From: Aeribacillus composti
GTDB lineage: Bacteria > Bacillota > Bacilli > Bacillales > Aeribacillaceae
DNA: 32,000 nucleotides
Direction of reading: 5' to 3'
NCBI RefSeq assembly: GCF_007827555.1
Contig: NZ_VISS01000015.1
Coordinates: 25,998 to 57,997, forward strand
This document shows positions 25,376 through 32,000 of the stretch, piece after piece. The translations under genes were made by a program, and so were the position numbers. The first letter of the stretch is position 1; the number at the start of each line of letters is the position of its first letter. Under the pieces are notes generated by a model. It saw only the letters and a program-made list of their open reading frames with translations, did no database searches and was not told the origin of the DNA.

Positions 25376-25839
25376 TTTTTATCATCCTTATTAAAAGTTT
25401 CTTCTAGTTGTATAAATACAACAATAAAAATGAAATCCATAGGATTAAGCCGTGTTATGATTAAGTCGACAAAGCACAACCTAAGTTGATTTTCTGATTT
25501 CTAAACAAATAAACACCATTTAAATCGCAGCTATTGAATAGACTTTACTAAGTGTTGAATAAAAAATCTGTGTAAAACGATAGTTGTGGTCATAGATTGA
25601 TGTCGCAAATTTTCATCTTACGTGGACTGAAACATTGGACGGTAACCTAAAATAAAACCGGACAGAACTTTTTCGAAACCTATTTTCCAGAAAAAGATAA
25701 GTTCGATATGAAGAAAATCGAAAATCCTAAGGTAAGAAAAATAAATACAGCTATTAAATTTATCTAGTTTCCTAAGACAAAATGTAGGAAATAATGATAA
25801 TTTATCACCATATGCTGTCAATGGATACATAAAATAATA

Positions 25840-26400
25840 AAAAAATCGGAAATGATCTTGTTTGCACAAAGACGCTACATAACTATATTGATCTTGGACT
25901 TATTCGTAAAAAGCGACGACCAGGCGTTTCAATACCTAAGACAATGCTTTTAAAAAAAACTGTCGAAGCTCATTGAAAAACGATCTGTTAGAAGCTGAAC
26001 AGCCTAAAAAAAGAATTTTACCATTGGGAAATCAATACGGTTATCGGTAAAAAAAGTAAAGACAAGACCTTTCTGACACTAACTGAACTGAAAGATTAAC
26101 CCCTAAAATCTTTCTTTTCCTAGAGAAAATACAGGGATTTACTTTATTCTCATCTGTAATGGACAAATACGGGAGTTTTATTTCCTTAAAGAAAAACGAT
26201 CTCATTCATCTCAAATACGACTATCATATGATCAAGAAAGATTGTAGACTTCAAACCTCTGAAAATACTTTCAGGTAGAGCTTACTCCATTATCTTAAAG
26301 TAAGCCTCATGCAACCTGACATTTAAGGCTCTGCACGCATGACTTTCCAGCCAAGAAGCCAGCTACACAGAAAGCTGGCTCACATATTAAGGCTCATCTC
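25840..26400 (+). pseudogene. IS30-family transposase remnant, heavily degraded
   Basis: Plus-strand pieces TKTLHNYIDLGLIRKKRRP..., FYHWEINTVIGKKSKDKTFLTLTELKD (compare GHWEGDTVIGK....LLTLVERKT) and YDYHMIKKDCRLQTSENTFR (compare PYHSWERGTNENTNG). Multiple stops and frame changes are present. Confidence 0.5.
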
Positions 26401-26503
26401 CACTCCATATAAAGTTTCCTATTGAATAACCAACCACACTTAAGTAGTTTCTTCAAAATGGTTTAGCTTGAATTTTATCAATCGTTGCATTTAATATTGC
26501 AAT

Positions 26504-27757
26504 TTATAAAAGCTTCAACAATAAAACAGATAAAAGAATTGATATAAAAACATATAGCCCCATTCCTGATTGAATCATATTTATAAATGAACTATGAACT
26601 AATACTGTACCTAGATAACTGTAAATTAATATATTAGATAATTTTCCGTTTATAGCTTTTTTATATGTTAATTGACAAAAAAAACCAAATATAAACATTA
26701 ATAGAAATGTTAAAGTTCCAAATCCAAAATCAGTATACAGTGGACCAAAAAAAGTTGTATATACTCCTTGTGATTCTAAATTATCCAAAAGTTCATCAAA
26801 ATCTGGAATATCAAACCCCAAAAATTTTGCAAATTTAAAAATAGGATAGAATTGATATGAACCATAACCTAAATTATTAACATCAAAATATTCGAATAAA
26901 AGAAAAAACTGATAATATCCATGTAGAAGATAGTGTACTAAACTAATAAAAGTGTATTTTAAACTATTAACAAGCATATTATCTGAGTAAATATCAGCAA
27001 ACCAACCTTTTACAATAAAATGTCTCTCATTTTGCATATAATTTAAATGATCATAAATAGTAAACCCCATTTCTTCAAGCCTGTTATGTAATAATATACT
27101 AGAATAAAGAAAAAACAATAAAAATACAGATATAATTAATAATATCCTTTTTAAATTAAATATAAGTGACAATTTTTCTTTCTTTATTATAAACGATATA
27201 AGTACCATTCCAGCTAATAATGATAAACTGGTTCTCCCTCCAAGTAAATAAATATATACAATAAACAAAAATGTATTTACAAATATGAACATTTTATCTT
27301 TTAAATTTATACCATTTATATGAATTGAAACAACCAATGCAATAATTGAAAAGGGATAAAGAAACGAAGACGCTATTCCAATTACAGAAATCTCATTAGT
27401 ATTACCGTATAATCGATAGGCAGAAATTGAACCATAAGACAGAAATTCTCTAATAAAAAATAAATCATAAAATCTGAAAACTAGACCTATAAGGCCAATC
27501 CAATTAACTATCCTGATAAATTTTATATATTTATTGTTGTTAAAATTAGTAGTATTTCTAGTATCTTTTCCTACTTTTTTTGAAAAAAATAAGTGAGTAT
27601 AAAATGTTCCAATAAAAAAAGAAACAAAACAAAAAAACAAAAATAAAATTGCTTTGTTATCAGGTTGAATAATATATTGTATTGGTGAAACAAGATTAAA
27701 TAAGATCCAAATGACAAATGATAACATAATAAGCCAACGTGGAGAGATATAGTTCAT
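26504..27757 (-). CDS. wzy: Oligosaccharide repeat-unit polymerase (Wzy-like)
   Basis: 417-aa protein with about 10-12 TM segments and a larger loop in the C-terminal half. Extremely AT-rich. It sits between the flippase/transferase pair and the SGNH gene. Assignment rests on topology and context only. Confidence 0.6.
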   Translation of the reverse strand: MNYISPRWLIMLSFVIWILFNLVSPIQYIIQPDNKAILFLFFCFVSFFIGTFYTHLFFSKKVGKDTRNTTNFNNNKYIKFIRIVNWIGLIGLVFRFYDLFFIREFLSYGSISAYRLYGNTNEISVIGIASSFLYPFSIIALVVSIHINGINLKDKMFIFVNTFLFIVYIYLLGGRTSLSLLAGMVLISFIIKKEKLSLIFNLKRILLIISVFLLFFLYSSILLHNRLEEMGFTIYDHLNYMQNERHFIVKGWFADIYSDNMLVNSLKYTFISLVHYLLHGYYQFFLLFEYFDVNNLGYGSYQFYPIFKFAKFLGFDIPDFDELLDNLESQGVYTTFFGPLYTDFGFGTLTFLLMFIFGFFCQLTYKKAINGKLSNILIYSYLGTVLVHSSFINMIQSGMGLYVFISILLSVLLLKLL

Positions 27758-27766
27758 TTACCAATA

Positions 27767-29146
27767 TCACACCTTCAAGTCATCTATTAAAGAATTAAAT
27801 CCAAATGCTATTTTTTTTACATTCTCTCTATCAAGTACTTGGGGTGTACTTATTGTGTCTGAAATTGTTCCTTCAAAGGAATTTTGAATTATATATCGAT
27901 AATAATCTTCTGGACTTTTCTTATCATTCTTTTTGTTACAATATAATATTTTTTTTATGTCCATAGGATCATTAATATAGAATACATTATTTAATTCATT
28001 AAAAAACATTTTAGAAAATGTTACAGCTTTTTTTCCAATTATCCCAGCTTCTAAGGCTACTGTTCCTGAAACAGTTAATACTAATAAACTATTCTCTATT
28101 AACTTTCTTGTATCTTCAAATGGATTTATTAATACTACATTAGGAATTTTTGTTAATTTTCTATAAAAATATAAACTTCTTTCACCTAAACTATTAGAAT
28201 GTTCTTTTACATACAATTTTACATTATCCGGCAAATTTAGAGCAATTTCTCTTATTAACTCAAGTTGATTGCTGTGCCTATATCCTAAAACATCAATCGA
28301 AGCTTCAGGCTGTTTATGAAGTGTATAAAGTGCATAGTCCCGGTTATAGTCAGCATTTTGAAAAACAGATTTTAAAATATTTATTTTATATCTCAATGGC
28401 CTCAAATATTTTTTTTCAATAAGTAATTGATACTTTAACGATTTTACAGACTGATCATATTTTGCTTCGATTAAGGATTCAAATAACTTAACTATTATAG
28501 TTTTAATTAGGGAAAAATTAAACCTAGGAATCTGATTATTGATATAATAATAATCAGGCTTTTTATTATATATAACTACAGAGTCAATAATTTCGTTTAT
28601 AATTTTATTCATATCGGTTTTATGTATCCGACTTTTTTTAAACTGATAAATTTCTGACTGAAAAGGACCTTTAAAAAACACAAATCTATTACTAGGAATC
28701 CTAACAGTAAATGGATTAAAAAAATATTTTCCCAATATATCACATATCACTGACGTTAAAATTTCATGAGCAGCCGTTGCTTCTCCAAATACTACATCAA
28801 TATCTTTATCTATTATAAACGATTTTATTAAATCTCCCAATGAAGTAAGATAATTAATAGAGTAATCGCCATTCATACTTCTTAATATTCTATCCATTAA
28901 AGCAATACTAGTTAAATTTAAACCATAAGAATTATTTTCAACTGTTAATAAGCTTCTTTTATTGTTTCTAACTTTATCTTTAGTAATTAAAAGAATTTCT
29001 TCCGGTTTTATCCCCTTTTTTAACAACCAGTTATACCATTTATAACTTGGAGTTATCCAATAAATTTTTTTATTGGATTTAATTTCTTTTGAAATTTCAA
29101 AAAAAAGTTCAGTTTTATAAAAACAAGTTATAAAACAAATATTCAT
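27767..29146 (-). CDS. Capsule-polysaccharide-biosynthesis (KpsS/KpsC-like) family protein; candidate nonulosonic-acid (pseudaminic acid) transferase
   Basis: Soluble 459-aa protein. The C-terminal block YTLHKQPEASIDVLG...LYVKEHSNS...VLTVSGTVALEAGIIGKKAVTF fits the pattern (L)Q...D..i....K.HP.......v.t..St...EA...gK.v that I associate with KpsS/KpsC-type enzymes. Its ATGA start overlaps the wzx stop. Confidence 0.5.
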   Translation of the reverse strand: MNICFITCFYKTELFFEISKEIKSNKKIYWITPSYKWYNWLLKKGIKPEEILLITKDKVRNNKRSLLTVENNSYGLNLTSIALMDRILRSMNGDYSINYLTSLGDLIKSFIIDKDIDVVFGEATAAHEILTSVICDILGKYFFNPFTVRIPSNRFVFFKGPFQSEIYQFKKSRIHKTDMNKIINEIIDSVVIYNKKPDYYYINNQIPRFNFSLIKTIIVKLFESLIEAKYDQSVKSLKYQLLIEKKYLRPLRYKINILKSVFQNADYNRDYALYTLHKQPEASIDVLGYRHSNQLELIREIALNLPDNVKLYVKEHSNSLGERSLYFYRKLTKIPNVVLINPFEDTRKLIENSLLVLTVSGTVALEAGIIGKKAVTFSKMFFNELNNVFYINDPMDIKKILYCNKKNDKKSPEDYYRYIIQNSFEGTISDTISTPQVLDRENVKKIAFGFNSLIDDLKV

Positions 29147-30378
29147 GCAAATTCACCCGAAATTTTTTTATAGTATCCCATTTTTAAAATTAATAAACTT
29201 AACATTCCTAACAAATATGAAAAAGCTGATCCATAAATAGAGAAAAACGGTACACTAATTAGATTTGATAAAATAATTATAGTTAATGAAAAAAAACTAG
29301 CTCTCATTAAATAATTATCATAATTTCCCACATATAATCTATAATGATAGACTTGGGAAATTATGTTGAATGTCAAACCAATTAATAGTATTACTAATAT
29401 AAATTTGTAATCATGAAATGTTTCTTTTTTTACAAAAAAGATAACCCAATCAAGAAATAATAATGAAAACAAGGAAGTTATAACTAAAATTAAAATAGAA
29501 TTAAAGTTCATTTTCCTCAATGTCGCCTCAAATTTATATAAGTTTTTCTCATTATAATATCTTATAATATTTGGTAAAAAAATAGAAATTGATCCTGCAA
29601 ATATAAAGGAATAAATAGCATTAATAATACTAAAATAAAAAGAATAAATTCCTACAATACTATTCCCATAAAAAAATTTCAAAAAAAACTTATCAATGTT
29701 TATAGAAAATACATATGAAATTGTACTGAGAAAAAAAGGAATACTCCTTTTTATACCATAAATTATAATTCTATAGCTGGGGTTTTTTTTCAAAGTACGA
29801 AAAATGAATTGTTTTCTAATAAAAATTAGACCAATTAACACACTAAGAAAACTATGGATAATCCAGAATATTAGTATGCTCCTAACATTTAAAATATCAG
29901 GAGATATTAAAAACACAGGAATTATTAAATAAACCCATAGTCCATTTTTAATAAAAACTACTAAATTGGATAAGATTGATTTTGAAATATTAATTAGTAT
30001 TCTAGCAATTTCTTGACTGACAAATTCAAAAAATAAGAGTATCCACAAATAAATAAAATATTTTTTATCTATAATATCAATTTCAACTATTACCCATAGA
30101 ATAATACTACTTAAAAAGAACATAAAAACATGAAAATATAATTGATTTAATAAAAGTTTACTCTTTAACTTTATTTTCGAGAATCTTATATAAAGTCTAG
30201 TTACATTTGTATAATACTCAAAACCTATAATATATATATTTATTGTAATAAAAGATACAATTAAACTATATTCACCCAACTCCATCTCGTTTAGGAATCT
30301 AGCAAACAGAAAAACAACAATAAATTTAGCAAATAACGTAAGACCCCTTAAAATAATATTTATTATTTGTTCCTTCAT
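29143..30378 (-). CDS. wzx: Wzx-type oligosaccharide flippase (MOP superfamily)
   Basis: 411-aa protein with about 12 TM segments. The N-terminus IILRGLTLFAKFIVVFLFARFLNEMELGEYSL is typical of polysaccharide-biosynthesis/Wzx proteins. It lies next to pseI. Confidence 0.65.
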   Translation of the reverse strand: MKEQIINIILRGLTLFAKFIVVFLFARFLNEMELGEYSLIVSFITINIYIIGFEYYTNVTRLYIRFSKIKLKSKLLLNQLYFHVFMFFLSSIILWVIVEIDIIDKKYFIYLWILLFFEFVSQEIARILINISKSILSNLVVFIKNGLWVYLIIPVFLISPDILNVRSILIFWIIHSFLSVLIGLIFIRKQFIFRTLKKNPSYRIIIYGIKRSIPFFLSTISYVFSINIDKFFLKFFYGNSIVGIYSFYFSIINAIYSFIFAGSISIFLPNIIRYYNEKNLYKFEATLRKMNFNSILILVITSLFSLLFLDWVIFFVKKETFHDYKFILVILLIGLTFNIISQVYHYRLYVGNYDNYLMRASFFSLTIIILSNLISVPFFSIYGSAFSYLLGMLSLLILKMGYYKKISGEFA

Positions 30379-30593
30379 TTAATTCAAAGATCCCCTATTC
30401 ATAAAATACGTTTAGTCGCTTATAGTTCAATAAATACAAATAATCAGAATTACTTAATCAACTGAGTATCTTGTGAGATAAATCTAAAATAAAAGAACCA
30501 AGAAATAGCATTTAAGATAAAAAGAAATTCTAGCCAATGTTGTTGTACTAGATCATTCCTTAATTGCGTTTATCAATTACAAAAGAATTTAAC

Positions 30594-31652
30594 CTATTCT
30601 TTAAAAAGTAAATCAAACGATAATGGAGTTCCAGCTTTTAAATCTTTATTAGCTGTTAAGCCAATAATTTTTTCAAAATATTTAGGCTCTAAACCATATC
30701 CCGGTCTAATAACTCTAATATTTTCTTTCGTGAATTTTTCCCCAGCTTTTATATCCTTTGCTACATAAATCGATCTTCTAAATTTTAGCGACGCCTTTTC
30801 TTTCTCCGTTGGTCCATATTTTACTTCCCCTAATGCCTGCCATGCTCTTTCGGTTTCTGCTACTAAAGCTTTCATTTCATCAGGCTCCATTGAAAATGCA
30901 GCGTCTACCCCGCCATCTGCTCTTGAAAGGGTAAAGTGCTTTTCAATTACTGTTGCTCCTAACGCAACACTGGCAACTGCAACCCCTACTCCCATCGTGT
31001 GATCGGATAAACCAACTTGACAGTCAAATAATTCTCTCATGTGCGGAATGGTTAGTATATTTGTATTTTCAGGAGAAGCTGGATAGGTGCTTGTACATTT
31101 TAAAAGAACTAGATCCTTACAACCTGCTTCTCTCGCTGCTCTTACCGTTTCATCTAATTCGGCTACCGTTGCCATTCCTGTTGAAATGATCATTGGTTTC
31201 CCTGTTGAAGCGACTTTTTTAATGAGTGGAATATCGGTATTTTCAAATGATGCAATCTTATACATCGGTACATCTAATTCTTCTAAAAAGTCTACTGCTG
31301 TTTCATCGAAAGGGGTGCTAAAAGGAATCATCCCTAATTCTCGAGCACGATCAAAAATCGGTTTATGCCACTCCCAAGGAGTATAGGCTTGTTGGTATAG
31401 CTGATATAACGTATGTCCCTTCCATAAACTATCGCTATCTTCAATTTTAAATTCCGGATTTTCCAAATTTAATGTCATTGTATCCGCTGTATATGTTTGA
31501 ATCTTTAACGCATGTGCTCCAGCCTTGGAAGCTGCCTCAACAATCGCTAAAGCACGTTCTAAGGATTGATTATGATTCCCAGACATTTCTGCGATAATAA
31601 ATGGTTTATGATTTGGTCCAATCTTTCTTCCTTCAACAATAATTTCGTTCAT
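30594..31652 (-). CDS. pseI: Pseudaminic acid synthase (NeuB family)
   Basis: IIAEMSGNHNQSLERAL, ALKIQTYTADTMTL, TPWEWH, YKIASFENTDIPLI, GLSDHTMG, EKHFTL, and a C-terminal SAF domain (RRSIYVAKDIKAGEKFT..NIRVIRPG). The SGNHN/TPWEW pattern favours PseI over NeuB or LegI. It is coupled to a pseH-like gene. Confidence 0.8.
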   Translation of the reverse strand: MNEIIVEGRKIGPNHKPFIIAEMSGNHNQSLERALAIVEAASKAGAHALKIQTYTADTMTLNLENPEFKIEDSDSLWKGHTLYQLYQQAYTPWEWHKPIFDRARELGMIPFSTPFDETAVDFLEELDVPMYKIASFENTDIPLIKKVASTGKPMIISTGMATVAELDETVRAAREAGCKDLVLLKCTSTYPASPENTNILTIPHMRELFDCQVGLSDHTMGVGVAVASVALGATVIEKHFTLSRADGGVDAAFSMEPDEMKALVAETERAWQALGEVKYGPTEKEKASLKFRRSIYVAKDIKAGEKFTKENIRVIRPGYGLEPKYFEKIIGLTANKDLKAGTPLSFDLLFKE

Positions 31653-32000
31653 ACTCTCATTCCTTCAATCATATGTTTTATTTTACTTTTTTGTTCTTTC
31701 CATTCTTTATTAAATAAAGCCATTAATATCACATCTGCATATTGGTTATTTTTAAGGACGTGTTCTCTCAAAACACCTTCTGTTCTAAAACCTAACCGCT
31801 GATGATAACGAATGCTTCTTTCATTGAAGCTGATTATCTCGGCACATAATTTACGGATGTTTAACTCTTCAAATACAAAATTTAAGGCTAAGTATCCCAT
31901 TAAAGTTCCTGAACCTTTTGGCGCACTTTGATCACCAACATAAAATCCCCAAGAACATTTGCCATTTTCCAAATCTATATTAGTAAAATTCACAACCCCA
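31649..32000 (-). CDS. pseH: GNAT N-acetyltransferase, PseH-like; 5' end lies beyond the window edge
   Basis: WGFYVGDQSAPKGSGTLMGYLALNFVFEELNIRKLCAEIISFNERSIRYHQRLGFRTEGVLRE...ADVILMALFNKEW fits the PseH-type GNAT pattern. The frame is open through position 32000. A 4-nt ATGA overlap joins it to pseI. Confidence 0.7.
   Translation of the reverse strand, partial: GVVNFTNIDLENGKCSWGFYVGDQSAPKGSGTLMGYLALNFVFEELNIRKLCAEIISFNERSIRYHQRLGFRTEGVLREHVLKNNQYADVILMALFNKEWKEQKSKIKHMIEGMRV

Noticed and set aside
25618-25869. 83-aa minus-strand ORF between the SGNH gene and the IS30 remnant
   Set aside because: It could be the tail of a glycan-locus gene truncated by the IS30 insertion. It has no recognisable motif, no RBS and no partner fragment, so it is left unannotated.

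Overview
The window looks like chromosomal DNA from a low-GC Firmicute, probably Bacillaceae, and is a mosaic of four blocks. (1) Positions 1-3100 are a decay zone. They hold a 5'-truncated phospholipase-A2-like ORF, the C-terminal half of an IS110-family transposase, a frameshifted ISL3-family transposase tail and a dead galE 3' remnant. (2) Positions 3235-13669 hold a complete xylose locus. A minus-strand operon, xylF-xylG-xylH-xylA-xylB-oxidoreductase-mutarotase, faces a divergent ROK-type xylR. A xylO-like palindrome lies in the shared promoter region, and a ~160-bp imperfect palindromic element sits between xylF and xylG. (3) Positions 14046-19360 start with an IS3-family remnant. It abuts a consensus sigma-A promoter and a T-box leader whose specifier loop reads AUG (Met). 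The T-box drives a four-gene operon: a DUF62 SAM hydroxide adenosyltransferase, an ECF S-component, a fused EcfA-A' ATPase and EcfT. I consider this the most interesting unit. It may be a methionine-starvation-induced module that scavenges SAM or a related compound; I know of no experimental characterisation. (4) Positions 19676-32000 hold a minus-strand glycan locus: pseH (partial), pseI, wzx, a KpsS-like putative transferase, wzy, an SGNH protein, a GT4 glycosyltransferase, manC, a manA remnant and galE. The wzx-to-SGNH core is very AT-rich and is interrupted by IS30- and IS110-family remnants. I found no rRNA, tRNA or CRISPR array. All calls rest on reading the translations and motifs by eye. 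No database search was run.
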